A DNA stretch of 64,000 nucleotides, from positions 16,512-80,511 of the forward strand of contig JBBRSB010000023.1 of NCBI GenBank assembly GCA_038245785.1, written 5' to 3'. Positions 21,102-30,528 of this stretch are shown here, one piece after another (the first letter of the stretch is position 1; each line of letters opens with the position of its first letter). The notes beneath the pieces are model-generated. The model was not told where the DNA came from and searched no databases. It saw only the letters and a program-made list of their open reading frames with translations. This stretch comes from Gloeobacterales cyanobacterium (lineage in GTDB: Bacteria > Cyanobacteriota > Cyanobacteriia > Gloeobacterales > PMM-0068). The translations under genes were made by a program, and so were the position numbers.

Positions 21102-22019
21102 ATGAACAAACTTTGGGCATGGGTTAAAAACCAGCGCGAAAATATCCAAACCATTTTAATAGCGATCTTCCTCGCTTTTTTTATCCGAACCTTTGTTGCG
21201 GAAGCACGCTATATTCCTTCAGAGTCTATGTTGCCAACTTTGATTGGTTCTCAGGACCCGTGGCAATCCGACCGCATCATTGTCGAGAAACTTACCTACG
21301 ACTTTTCTAAGCCTCAACGTACCAATGTCATTGTTTTTGTGCCTCCAGCATGCTTTCAAGACAATGCAGGCTCTGTCTCTGTAACAGATACTTCGGTGGC
21401 CTATATAAAGAGGATTATTGGTCTTCCGGGAGACCGCATTGAAGTACAGGGAGGCAAAGTTCAACTAGGCTCTGTGGTCTTAGACCATGAGCGCTTCCGC
21501 GTCCAGTTATTTGAGCGCACCGTTGGACTCTCTGGCGAATTCAATGGTTTTAGCGAACGGCCTTTAGCCTATCAGAAACGCCTAAAGCTAGAAAAAGATG
21601 GTGTCCAGTTTGGAGATGAAAGACTTTCCATTGCTGAAATTGCTCAGAAATTTGGTCTTGCTCCAGACCAAGTCAGCATTAAACCGGGTGTAGTGCTTAT
21701 CAACAATAAAGCCTTGGACGAGTCCTATACCTATGAAGATCCCAGCTATGACATGAAAGACTTGAGTGACATTCCTTGCTATCAGGGACAAAAGGCAGGA
21801 CCTGTTATTGTTCCAGAAGGTCACTATTTTGCGATGGGCGATAACCGCAATAACTCACAAGATTCGCATATTTGGGGATTCTTGCCGGCTCATGCCTGTC
21901 GCAAAGAACAATCAGTAGTGGATACCGTACTTTCCAGTACGGGTATCACCCCTTGCACAGGACTGATTGGTAAAGCAGCTTTCCGTTTCTTTCCCTTGAA
22001 TCGTTTGGGAACTATCTAA
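21102..22019 (+). CDS. lepB: Signal peptidase I (copy 1)
   Basis: YIPSESMLPTL (Ser), YIKRIIGLPGD (Lys), GDNRNNSQDSHIWG. Confidence 0.93.
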   Translation: MNKLWAWVKNQRENIQTILIAIFLAFFIRTFVAEARYIPSESMLPTLIGSQDPWQSDRIIVEKLTYDFSKPQRTNVIVFVPPACFQDNAGSVSVTDTSVAYIKRIIGLPGDRIEVQGGKVQLGSVVLDHERFRVQLFERTVGLSGEFNGFSERPLAYQKRLKLEKDGVQFGDERLSIAEIAQKFGLAPDQVSIKPGVVLINNKALDESYTYEDPSYDMKDLSDIPCYQGQKAGPVIVPEGHYFAMGDNRNNSQDSHIWGFLPAHACRKEQSVVDTVLSSTGITPCTGLIGKAAFRFFPLNRLGTI

Positions 22020-22197
22020 TCAGTCTGGAAATTCTCAACTTCGGATTATTTTCATTACCCTTAGACTTACTTGAGGCACTTTCCCTGAGTTTCTGGAGTC
22101 TTCTTCCTTGAGGATAGTAGTCAAAAGAATTAGCTATCCAGTGAACCTTGGATTGGTGCTTTACGTCTAATTTGAGTTAGTATTACCGGTTTTCTGG

Positions 22198-23100
22198 ATG
22201 AATAATCTCTGGATCTGGATTAAGAGTCAGAGGGAAAATATACAAACCCTCGTTCTATCGATTCTTATTGCTTTTTCTGCCCGTGCTGTGGTAGCTGAAC
22301 CGCGTTATATCCCTTCAGAGTCTATGTTGCCGACCTTAATCGGCTCTGAGAACCCTTTAAAATCTGACCGGATCATTGTCGATAAATTGACCTACGACTT
22401 TTCCAAACCCCAGCGTTCTAACATTATTGTTTTTGCACCTCCAGTCTGTGCCCAGGCTCCCACGGGTTCTCCTTTCTCTACCAATACGTCTGAGGCCTAC
22501 ATTAAACGGATGATTGGTCTTCCAGGAGATCGGATCGAAGTGCAGGGCGGTAGCGTCAAACTAGGCTCTATGGTGTTAGACCATGAGCAATTCCGCGCCC
22601 AGTTATTGGAGCGTACTCTTGGAGATGCTAACGAATTCAGTGGCTTTCATAATCAAACGCGCTTGAAGCTGGAAAAAGATGGTGTCCAGCTTGGAGACAA
22701 AAAACTTTCTACTGCTGAAATTGCTCAGAAGTTTGGACTCAATCCAGACCAAGTCAGTATTAAACCGGGTGTAGTGCTTATCAATAACAAAGCCTTGGAC
22801 GAGTCCTATACCTATGAAGATCCCAGCTATTACATGAAAGACTTGAGTGACATTCCTTGCTATCAGGGACAAAAGGCAGGACCTGTTATTGTTCCAGAAG
22901 GTCACTATTTTGCAATGGGCGATAACCGCAATAACTCACAAGATTCGCATATTTGGGGATTCTTGCCAGCTCATGCCTGCCCTAAAGATCAGTCTGTAAT
23001 CGACCGCGTACTTTCTAGTACAGGAATTGCCCCTTGCACAGGACTGATTGGCAAAGCAGCCTTTCGTTACTTCCCCTTAGATCGTTTGGGAACCATCTGA
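22198..23100 (+). CDS. lepB: Signal peptidase I (copy 2, tandem paralog)
   Basis: YIPSESMLPTL, YIKRMIGLPGD, GDNRNNSQDSHIWG. Confidence 0.93.
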   Translation: MNNLWIWIKSQRENIQTLVLSILIAFSARAVVAEPRYIPSESMLPTLIGSENPLKSDRIIVDKLTYDFSKPQRSNIIVFAPPVCAQAPTGSPFSTNTSEAYIKRMIGLPGDRIEVQGGSVKLGSMVLDHEQFRAQLLERTLGDANEFSGFHNQTRLKLEKDGVQLGDKKLSTAEIAQKFGLNPDQVSIKPGVVLINNKALDESYTYEDPSYYMKDLSDIPCYQGQKAGPVIVPEGHYFAMGDNRNNSQDSHIWGFLPAHACPKDQSVIDRVLSSTGIAPCTGLIGKAAFRYFPLDRLGTI

Positions 23101-23105
23101 AAAAT

Positions 23106-23945
23106 TTACAGACCAAACTTTCCAAGGAATTCTGTCTTCTCTCGTTCGCTCAGACCTACGTGAGCTTCGCTTACAGCTTCTGCCTTCTGCAAGAGAGAAC
23201 GAACCACTTCAGCTTCTTTGCGCGATAGCCTAACTGCATGCAGAATATATTCTTCAAAGGCAGCATAGGCCATAGGAGCCACGGCTTGTGCCATGGTCGC
23301 CATTACTTTAGCGTAGGCCCTTATCTCTTCTTGGGCATGCCAGTCCATCCGCAAGCGTAGAAAGTGAAACAGATTGTGGAGATCCTGTTTCCAGTAGAAC
23401 TGTGTGTAGAGATTCTGAGGCAATACCATCCGGGCCTGTTCTCGGCACACACTATCTTCTAACAAGGTTTCATAGGTACTGTAGGCATGTGCAGAATCTG
23501 CTGTTATCTGCTCAAAAGCTTTTTGCGCCATTTCTAACTCTAAGATTCCTTCTCCTACTTGCTTATTCTTATTGCTTTGACTTCTAATTTGTTCTGGAGT
23601 TGGCAAGTAGAACTCATCTTCCATGACTGAATAACGAGCGGACATAGAATTGATTGAAGCCATCCTGTGCCTAACCCATTGCGCTACGACAAACAGAGGA
23701 GCTTTGATATGAAAAGTAAGCTCTACTTGTTCTAGCGGAGAAGTGTGTAAGTTCTTAATCAAATAGTTGATAAGTCCCTGGTCTTCCCGGACTGTTTTTG
23801 TTCCTGAGCCATAGCTAACGCGGGCAGACTGTACGATTCGGGCATCACTGCCCATATAGTCCACTAAGCGGACAAAGCCTTTATCCAAGACAGGAAATTC
23901 TTTGTCTAAGAGTTCTTCTGCTTCAGGAACAGTGATACGGGCCAT
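23106..23945 (-). CDS. thyX: FAD-dependent thymidylate synthase
   Basis: ARVSY, HTSPLE, RHRMASINSMSARY, EQARMVLP, HAQEEIR. Confidence 0.95.
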   Translation of the reverse strand: MARITVPEAEELLDKEFPVLDKGFVRLVDYMGSDARIVQSARVSYGSGTKTVREDQGLINYLIKNLHTSPLEQVELTFHIKAPLFVVAQWVRHRMASINSMSARYSVMEDEFYLPTPEQIRSQSNKNKQVGEGILELEMAQKAFEQITADSAHAYSTYETLLEDSVCREQARMVLPQNLYTQFYWKQDLHNLFHFLRLRMDWHAQEEIRAYAKVMATMAQAVAPMAYAAFEEYILHAVRLSRKEAEVVRSLLQKAEAVSEAHVGLSEREKTEFLGKFGL

Positions 23946-23990
23946 AGGTGCTTCTTTGGATTCGTCGGTCCCTATGATAGTTGACTTTGC

Positions 23991-25022
23991 TTAGACAAAG
24001 ACAAGCTCTTTCCCTGTAATTACCTGGCCCACCTGCCAAGCATCGATGCCTTGAGCCTGGAAATAGGCTTGAGCTTCTTCCAACTGAGTTTCAGGAAGGG
24101 CCAGCACCATCCCTAAACCCTGATTAAACGTGTTATCCAAAGTTTCTTGAGAAAGATTGCCCATCTGCGTAAGCCACGGAAATATTTCTGGAACCTTCCA
24201 GGAACCCCGCTGAATTTGAGCGGTTAATATTCTTTCAGCAGCAAACATGCGCGGGACATTTTCGACCAAACCACCTCCGGTGATATGGGCTACGCCCCCC
24301 AGATCGAAGCGCTCTAAGGCTTCTAGAACGACTTTGGCATAAATGCGGGTCGGCGTTAAAAAGGCTTCTCCCAGAGATTTTTCCCAGCCTTCAGGCGTAT
24401 GGTCCCAGGCAAGATTAGAAACTTCGATCACTTTGCGGACCAAACTAAAACCGTTGCTGTGAATACCAGAACTGGCTAGACCCAGAAGAGCATCGCCTTC
24501 AGCGATTCGCTGGCCATTGATAATCTTGCTGCGCTCTACGATACCAACGCAAAATCCAGCAATATCGTATTCCCCTGCTTGGTAGAAACCAGGCATCTCT
24601 GCTGTTTCACCGCCTACCAACGCACAGCCGCTCTGTCGGCAACCTTCTGCTAAACCAGCTACAACTTCTTCCAGCTGTTCGACAGAGAGCTTACCCGTGG
24701 CTAAGTAATCCAGAAAAAATAGAGGTTCAGCGCCCTGACAGAGCACATCGTTCACGCACATGGCCACGCAGTCGATGCCGATGGTATCGTGCTTGTTCAA
24801 AGCAATCGCCAGCTTAAGCTTGGTCCCTACGCCATCAGTACCACTGACCATGACTGGTTCTTGATATTTCGTGGGCATCGTACAAAGCGCAGCAAAACTG
24901 CCAATATTCGACAAGACCTCAGCGCGCATAGTGCTCTGGGTATGGCGACGAATACGCTGGACAAACCGTTGCCCTGCCTCTACGTCCACTCCACTGGTTT
25001 TGTAGTCTATGGAGTCCACCAC
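23991..25022 (-). CDS. purM: Phosphoribosylformylglycinamidine cyclo-ligase
   Basis: YKTSGVD, SGTDGVGTKL, GAEPLFFLDY, GGETAEMPG, SSGIHSNGFSL, HITGGG; start approximate. Confidence 0.95.
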   Translation of the reverse strand: MVDSIDYKTSGVDVEAGQRFVQRIRRHTQSTMRAEVLSNIGSFAALCTMPTKYQEPVMVSGTDGVGTKLKLAIALNKHDTIGIDCVAMCVNDVLCQGAEPLFFLDYLATGKLSVEQLEEVVAGLAEGCRQSGCALVGGETAEMPGFYQAGEYDIAGFCVGIVERSKIINGQRIAEGDALLGLASSGIHSNGFSLVRKVIEVSNLAWDHTPEGWEKSLGEAFLTPTRIYAKVVLEALERFDLGGVAHITGGGLVENVPRMFAAERILTAQIQRGSWKVPEIFPWLTQMGNLSQETLDNTFNQGLGMVLALPETQLEEAQAYFQAQGIDAWQVGQVITGKELVFV

Positions 25023-25110
25023 AACATCCTTCCTTTGGCAGATGACAAGATCGTTTCGAAGAGTTGTCAAGAGGTAATAACACTTAACGTATCAGGGTTT
25101 GGGCAATTGA

Positions 25111-26172
25111 GTGGGGATCACTGTGCTATCCTTCCCAAAAAACAAGGCGTTAAGGAGAAGGAAGTTGCACAAAGTCCTTTCAAAAACTCTTATGGTAAGT
25201 ATTTCAGGCATTTTATATGTTTCGTTAAACTTTTACCTTCCGGCGCAGGCTCAAGAAGCAGAAAATATTAAGAGCTCATTCCCCATAGCCCAAGCTACTT
25301 CTCAAGAAATCTACGATCTGCAAGCACCGGTAGTTTCCACTTCCACCAATGCTCCACTCAAAATAGGCATCCAAATCCCCGAACGTTCTACGCCCCAAGC
25401 TTCTATGTTTGTGGATGAGAAGAAAAATCAAGTTATTGTCTACTTTGACCAACTCCCCCTGCTGACCATCAATCCAAGCAAGAAAGAGACGACGGCCCAA
25501 GGCCTGGAAGCAGCCGAATATAAAGCTTTAGAAATTACCAAGCAACTCAACCTCTTAGCCTGGAAGCCAGTAGAAGTGAGCTCTCTAAGAGTCGTCCAAG
25601 ATGATGAAGGGACCCGTCTAGTCGCCCGCAACACAGCTTTAGCGGCCTCCACAGAAAGTCGTGAACGCACTTTGTGGACCCTAGACAAAACCATGACCGT
25701 GGCATCCGCTGCCAGATCCGGCCAGGACCAAGACTTAGAGGCAACGGCTATCGCGATTACCAACCGCGTTCGCAGTCGCTTCGGATTAGCTCCCATCGCA
25801 AGCGTTGAGAAGCTCAATCCTATAGCCTCTGCGGGTAAAGCAGCTAAGAAAGTAGCCATTTCTGTGCTGAATAGCTTTCAGGGAGGGGCTTCCTGGTATG
25901 GAGGCAATGGCGACGGCTTCCATGGACGGCGGACCGCTAGCGGCGTAACCTTCAATACCTATTCGATGATGGCCGCTCACAAATCGCTCCCCTTTGGCAC
26001 TCGTGTACGCGTAACCAACGTATCGAATGGCAAGCAGGTCATCGTCAAAATTCTGGACCGTGGCCCCTATATTGGGGGACGGGTCATTGACCTCTCGAAA
26101 GCCGCAGCTCAATTGCTAGGAATGATGGGTACAGGAGTAGCTCGTGTACGGGTAGATGTCCTAAGACGTTGA
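25111..26172 (+). CDS. rlpA: RlpA-family septal ring lytic transglycosylase
   Basis: C-terminal DPBB domain GASWYG...FHGRRTASG...AAHKSLPFGTRVRVTN...DRGPYIGGRVIDLS; start uncertain. Confidence 0.88.
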   Translation: MGITVLSFPKNKALRRRKLHKVLSKTLMVSISGILYVSLNFYLPAQAQEAENIKSSFPIAQATSQEIYDLQAPVVSTSTNAPLKIGIQIPERSTPQASMFVDEKKNQVIVYFDQLPLLTINPSKKETTAQGLEAAEYKALEITKQLNLLAWKPVEVSSLRVVQDDEGTRLVARNTALAASTESRERTLWTLDKTMTVASAARSGQDQDLEATAIAITNRVRSRFGLAPIASVEKLNPIASAGKAAKKVAISVLNSFQGGASWYGGNGDGFHGRRTASGVTFNTYSMMAAHKSLPFGTRVRVTNVSNGKQVIVKILDRGPYIGGRVIDLSKAAAQLLGMMGTGVARVRVDVLRR

Positions 26173-26186
26173 GTCCCAAGCACTAT

Positions 26187-26783
26187 CTAGAATTTCTCTC
26201 CACTGAGTAGAAAAACGGGGTCTAGGGCCGCAAAAACTTGCTGCATTCCCCGTTTTTCCAGTCTATGGATACCGGGTTGTACCACTTCAATCTGGCGTGC
26301 CTGTAACCGCGCCAAAGACTCTGAGATTTGGTAGAGCCCTTCCAGGGAAGAAGTCACACACACTACTCTTCCGGCACTGGGGAGAACCTCCCATACTGCT
26401 TCCAGAATCTCCTGGTAGGACTTTCCCCCCTCGACGCACACTCGGTCGGGCCTTGGGGAAAGCTGAAACAAACATTCTGGAGCACTGCCTAAAAGCACTT
26501 TGACGTTACTCACCTGAAAGCGGTCACAGTTGCGCTGAATGAGTTCAGCCACTTCTTCATCTCGCTCAATAGCAATTACCTGGGACCGGGGAGAGCATAG
26601 GGCTGCCTCAATGGTCAAGGTCCCCGTCCCTGCACCGATATCCCAAAAGACAGAATCGGGTTTCAGTCTCAACTGTGCTAAAAGTTGCACCCGGACTTCA
26701 AGCGGACTCATCGGGATACCGGGTATGCCATCAAAAAGAGTATCGGTAATACCGGGGGTAGCGTAAGGCCAAAGTGTAGACAT
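26187..26783 (-). CDS. cbiT: Precorrin-6Y C15-methyltransferase (decarboxylating) CbiT
   Basis: LWPYATPGI, PMSPLEVR, WDIGAGTG, IAIERD, GSAPE. Confidence 0.88.
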   Translation of the reverse strand: MSTLWPYATPGITDTLFDGIPGIPMSPLEVRVQLLAQLRLKPDSVFWDIGAGTGTLTIEAALCSPRSQVIAIERDEEVAELIQRNCDRFQVSNVKVLLGSAPECLFQLSPRPDRVCVEGGKSYQEILEAVWEVLPSAGRVVCVTSSLEGLYQISESLARLQARQIEVVQPGIHRLEKRGMQQVFAALDPVFLLSGEKF

Positions 26784-26834
26784 GGCCCTATCATCGCAAG
26801 CCCTATTTCCCAATCAAGCTTATTTTTGTGTACA

Positions 26835-26852
26835 ATTGTAAAATATTGTAAA
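26835..26852 (-). promoter_or_regulatory. HLR1-type (RpaB) direct repeat
   Basis: Minus strand reads TTTACAAT-AT-TTTACAAT, matching (G/T)TTACA(T/A)(T/A)-N2-(G/T)TTACA(T/A)(T/A). Confidence 0.65.
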
Positions 26853-26896
26853 TAAGTCCAAAAAAGTTCTTCGCATATCTCGTCTAGGAGTTAGAC

Positions 26897-27061
26897 ATGA
26901 GCAGATCTACCGTACGTCAAGAGCGGTTAGCCCATCCCCAAAGTCACAACAGAGACCAAACTTTAACGAGTAAGGTAGACTGGCTCTTCACCCTTGGTCT
27001 CGTAAGCTTTGGTATTGCTAGCTTAGTGATCACCCCGATGCTCTTTCTTTCAGGATTGTAG
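26897..27061 (+). CDS. 54-aa single-pass membrane microprotein
   Basis: AGGAG RBS; MSRSTVRQERLAHPQSHNRDQTLTSKVDWLFTLGLVSFGIASLVITPMLFLSGL*; below the ORF-track cutoff. Confidence 0.6.
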   Translation: MSRSTVRQERLAHPQSHNRDQTLTSKVDWLFTLGLVSFGIASLVITPMLFLSGL

Positions 27062-27134
27062 TGCTCCACTTTAAGAACCTGTGTTAGGTTGTTATCCAGT
27101 CGTTTATACCGAACAGGTCACGGAGGTGATGCCC

Positions 27135-27188
27135 ATGAGTAGTAGTCAACCGATTCAGGGCCACCGGAACGTTCTCCGGCAACTGTAG
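27135..27188 (+). CDS. Candidate 17-aa small ORF MSSSQPIQGHRNVLRQL
   Basis: Perfect extended SD GGAGGTGA at 27122-27129, 5 nt before the ATG. Confidence 0.4.
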   Translation: MSSSQPIQGHRNVLRQL

Positions 27189-27293
27189 GCCAAGATTGTT
27201 TCTTGTGAAATTTCCTTAAACGCAGCAAGTCTGTGATTTTAGAAATGAATATAGATTCTTTTGGCAGTTAGACCGGCCTTTCCAAAAGGCTCG

Positions 27294-27334
27294 ACCAGAC
27301 CGCTCCTAGACCTTCTAGGAGCGGATGGTTTTTT
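27294..27334 (+). terminator. Rho-independent terminator
   Basis: ccgctcctaga-cct-tctaggagcgg 11-bp stem followed by atggtttttt. Confidence 0.8.
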
Positions 27335-27345
27335 GGGGGTATACC

Positions 27346-27372
27346 AAAAAAATAGGTCGCGCACACGACCTA
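27346..27372 (-). terminator. Rho-independent terminator on the minus strand with no convincing CDS upstream
   Basis: Minus strand taggtcg-tgtgcg-cgaccta followed by T7. Confidence 0.7.
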
Positions 27373-27579
27373 CCTTAGGGAGAACCACAAATAACTAAAG
27401 AACTGTCGCTCTAACTTGCCATTAAGCGTGAGAACATCAGATATCTGTAGATTAGCAATAAGTTGCATAAGAAATGTTCATTTTAAACATTTCTTTCTTC
27501 ACCAGATAACTTTTACCTCCAGAAACCTTTCCTGGGCATCCCTGAAGAACTAGGCTAAAGCAAAACGGAGATAAAAACG

Positions 27580-28635
27580 GTGCATCGCCATATCCTCGTG
27601 GGTTCCACCACTGCCTATAGTGGAAAATCTTCACTCCTTCTAAGCTTGGGTTTGCAGCTCCAGCGCCAAGAGTTTAAATTGGGCTATCTCAAACCTTTGA
27701 GCCAGGGAGAACCTCCTGTCGATGAAGATACTCAGTTTCTAGCGCAGCAATGGAATATTGTGGTTCCGGATCCGCTGGTGTTCATATCTCCTCAAGCTTT
27801 GCTCAAACGGCTTAGTGGAGATGACCACAGCAATTATCAGCAGCAGCTGCAAGAACAGCTAGACCACGTAGGAGCAGGTGCTGACTTTGTATTTATTGAG
27901 GGTGGAGGCACTCCTACCGAAGGTAAGTTATTTGGCCTCAGCTTAAAGCAGATGGCTACCTTGCTCAACGCCCCTGTCATTTTGGTCGTCCGCTATCAGG
28001 CAGGCAAAACGATTGAAGGGGTACTCGATGTACAAGAACAACTTCGTGGCCATCCGATCAGCGTCATCTTTAATGAGGTGCCCGTGGCCCAGCATAGCTA
28101 TGTTCAGGATCAATTGGCACCTCTTTTTGAAGCCCGAGGAATGCCTGTGTTGGGTGTTCTTCCCCTTGACCCCATTCTTCATAGTGTCAGTGTCGCTGAA
28201 CTGGTAGACCGACTGGGTGCTGAGGTCCTCTGCTGTGAAGGCAGCTTGGACCTTCTGGTAGAACAGGTCAATATCGGAGCGATGAATGTTAGCAGTGCAC
28301 TGAAATACTTCCGCAAACACAACCAGAAGGTTGTAGTTACGGGAGGAGACCGTACGGATATTCAACTGGCGGCGCTACAAACCGCTACCAATTGTCTAGT
28401 CCTAACAGGTCAACTGCGTCCGGCTCCCCTGATCTTAGCGAGAGCACAACAGATGCAGGTTCCGATCCTATGTGTAGCTCATGACACCCTAACTACCGTG
28501 CAGATCATCAACCAAGCCTTTGAGTATGCTCGTTTTCAGCAGGAAGCTAAGACCGAGTGCATGGTGACCATGATGGAAAAGTATTTCAACTTTGCGGCGT
28601 TTTACGCATTTTGTGGCCTAAAGCAACCTGTTTAG
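27580..28635 (+). CDS. Phosphotransacetylase-family protein (BioD-like N-terminus + DRTGG domain)
   Basis: STTAYSGKS, GYLKPL, FIEGG, IGAM, VTGGDRTDIQLAAL, CLVLTG. Confidence 0.88.
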   Translation: MHRHILVGSTTAYSGKSSLLLSLGLQLQRQEFKLGYLKPLSQGEPPVDEDTQFLAQQWNIVVPDPLVFISPQALLKRLSGDDHSNYQQQLQEQLDHVGAGADFVFIEGGGTPTEGKLFGLSLKQMATLLNAPVILVVRYQAGKTIEGVLDVQEQLRGHPISVIFNEVPVAQHSYVQDQLAPLFEARGMPVLGVLPLDPILHSVSVAELVDRLGAEVLCCEGSLDLLVEQVNIGAMNVSSALKYFRKHNQKVVVTGGDRTDIQLAALQTATNCLVLTGQLRPAPLILARAQQMQVPILCVAHDTLTTVQIINQAFEYARFQQEAKTECMVTMMEKYFNFAAFYAFCGLKQPV

Positions 28636-29717
28636 TCCTTAAATCGAGCGTCCCTTGCCTGCTGGATAATTTTAAGGGCCTGAGAGACTACGGCTTCCCT
28701 CCAGCCCTGATCAGCTGGCGCAAAAGCCTCTACTAGTTGTGCCTTTGCCCATTCATAGGAAGTGTCAGGATGTCCCCAAAAATGGGCACGATTCTCAGCT
28801 CGCAAGGCTTTGAGGATTTGAATAGGTGAGCAGGTGCCAAACTCGGCGGTGAGAAAATGGTAGTTAAGCTGGGGGAATTTTGCTTTGCACCATTGAGCCC
28901 AGCTCCCTCTTGGTTTGTAGGCTGTGTTGCCCGTATCCACTGTTTCCACCACCTCAGCTTCAAATTGAGCTGCTAACCAGCGGGCCTCTGCTGAATCATT
29001 GGGTTCTTCGGTCAGGAGTTTGTACGTCGCTCTAGGGCCGAGCCCTGTATGAAGGTCAATATGCACCACTTCCGTGGCCGACCCTAACCAGCGGGGAAGG
29101 TGAAGTTCGAGAATTTGATGCGTCTCCGCTGGACCCTGGCCCCCGAAGAATAACCCCTTTGGGAAATCATACTGTCCAACAGCGATCGTGTTCTTTAGTG
29201 TTTTCATCCCAGAGCGCAAAATCTGAAAGGCGGCCTCTAAGATAAATGGTTCAAAAGGAGAAGGGGGCGAAGCAGGATTTAGAAAAGCATCTAAGTCCTT
29301 ATACTTAGGTGGACTGCCTGCATATAGCGCACCAGGCAGTAGGAAGTTACGGTTTAAATCGATATTGTATTCGTTCCCTCTCCGTCGCCAAGCCATTCCG
29401 TAGGGATTTAGAGCATGTACAAGCACCAGGGCATTCCCTGGGAGCGGCTTCCAGCTCTGAAGATGGGATTCTAATAAGCAGCACTGAACCGCAGAGCCAA
29501 AAAACCCTTCCACCCCATGCAACCCGCTGGAAACTACAACCACGTGCTGAGCAGAAAAGTCTCCAAACCTCGCCACATCAATAAACAAAAGCTCCCCGTC
29601 AGGCCCCTTTTGATCCAATGCATAAGCTTTAAGTCGGCACTCCAAAGCCCGTGCAGCGGTCAAGAAGCGAGTACGTGACAGCGCGTAGGTTGGTTCAAAG
29701 GTTATACCGTAGGACAT
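28632..29717 (-). CDS. DUF2817 / M14-like metallopeptidase
   Basis: SSGLHGVEGFFGS, HALNPYG, DLNRNF, HIDLHTGLG, EFGT. Confidence 0.85.
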   Translation of the reverse strand: MSYGITFEPTYALSRTRFLTAARALECRLKAYALDQKGPDGELLFIDVARFGDFSAQHVVVVSSGLHGVEGFFGSAVQCCLLESHLQSWKPLPGNALVLVHALNPYGMAWRRRGNEYNIDLNRNFLLPGALYAGSPPKYKDLDAFLNPASPPSPFEPFILEAAFQILRSGMKTLKNTIAVGQYDFPKGLFFGGQGPAETHQILELHLPRWLGSATEVVHIDLHTGLGPRATYKLLTEEPNDSAEARWLAAQFEAEVVETVDTGNTAYKPRGSWAQWCKAKFPQLNYHFLTAEFGTCSPIQILKALRAENRAHFWGHPDTSYEWAKAQLVEAFAPADQGWREAVVSQALKIIQQARDARFKD

Positions 29718-29888
29718 GGCATATCTATAAAGTTCAGAATATTAGGCAGCGTGGCGATAAACGCATGTTTCCCAATTTACGTATATCACCCGATTTTGAT
29801 GAATTATTTAGGGGTATGGACGCCACAAATGGCGTTGGGTCTGTTATCATGCACTGGATATGGATTGGTGTTCTCCATTCTGGGGAAT

Positions 29889-29959
29889 TTCATTGACTTC
29901 ACTGAAAACACTTGACAGGCCAGAATGTTGTGGTTTATAGTTTCATTGAAATGAATGAA
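29889..29959 (+). promoter_or_regulatory. Sigma-70 promoter TTGACA-N18-TATAGT flanked by two palindromic operators TTCATT-N6-A(A/C)TGAA
   Basis: Operator 29889-29906 (one mismatch), -35 at 29912-29917, -10 at 29936-29941, operator 29942-29959. Confidence 0.75.
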
Positions 29960-30490
29960 GAGTTGGTTATGCAAGTTGGCCAAGCGGGAGAGTTTCTCTG
30001 GGGTCGTGACCGAGGTTGTGAAATCCGGGTCACGATGGAAGAACTGCTAAGAAAGCTCCCTACCAACCGGACTTTTGTGGCGGACCTCAGCGCTGTGGCT
30101 GCTATGAACTATTCCGTGGCGTTAGAGCTTTTTGTAAAGCTTCTCTCCGCTTGGGAAAATCTCTATCCCGAACGAGGTTTTCTGATCCGCAAACCAACAA
30201 TCGAAGTCTCAGAAGAGATTGGCGTTGCCTTAGAACATCATGGTCTCTTGGCGCTGTGTGAATCTCCCAATGGGGGGCTCAGACTTGTAGGCAAGGTATC
30301 GCAATCCGATGTGGAAACAGTTCAGTGGGCAGAGAATCAGGGTGATTTTTCCGCTCCTGACCTCGCTGCCGCCCTCGGACTTAACCTGACTACAGCCAAT
30401 CAGCGTCTTAAAAAGCTAGAAGCCAATGGCATTTGCATTCGCTATGCCGTAGGTTCTCGCCAGTATCGCTATCGCCTTGCAGGTCGCTAA
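29951..30490 (+). CDS. STAS-like (DUF4325-like) + winged-HTH protein, probable autoregulatory repressor
   Basis: 'GRDRGCEIR...ADLSAV..MNYSVALELF' N-terminus; 'FSAPDLAAALGLNLTTANQRLKKLEANGI' wHTH; the TTG start in the ORF track coincides with the -35 box. Confidence 0.7.
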   Translation: MNEELVMQVGQAGEFLWGRDRGCEIRVTMEELLRKLPTNRTFVADLSAVAAMNYSVALELFVKLLSAWENLYPERGFLIRKPTIEVSEEIGVALEHHGLLALCESPNGGLRLVGKVSQSDVETVQWAENQGDFSAPDLAAALGLNLTTANQRLKKLEANGICIRYAVGSRQYRYRLAGR

Positions 30491-30510
30491 CCTCTTTTTT
30501 TACCTCAAGT

Positions 30511-30528
30511 TTCATTTAGTCCAATGAA
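30511..30528. promoter_or_regulatory. Third palindromic operator TTCATT-N6-AATGAA upstream of ssb
   Basis: ttcatt-tagtcc-aatgaa; a degenerate fourth copy gtcatt-agcttc-aattca follows at 30529-30546. Confidence 0.7.

Noticed and set aside
29912-29950. TTG start of the 192-aa ORF given in the track
   Set aside because: The TTG is part of a perfect TTGACA -35 box; ATG 29951 (or 29969) is more plausible
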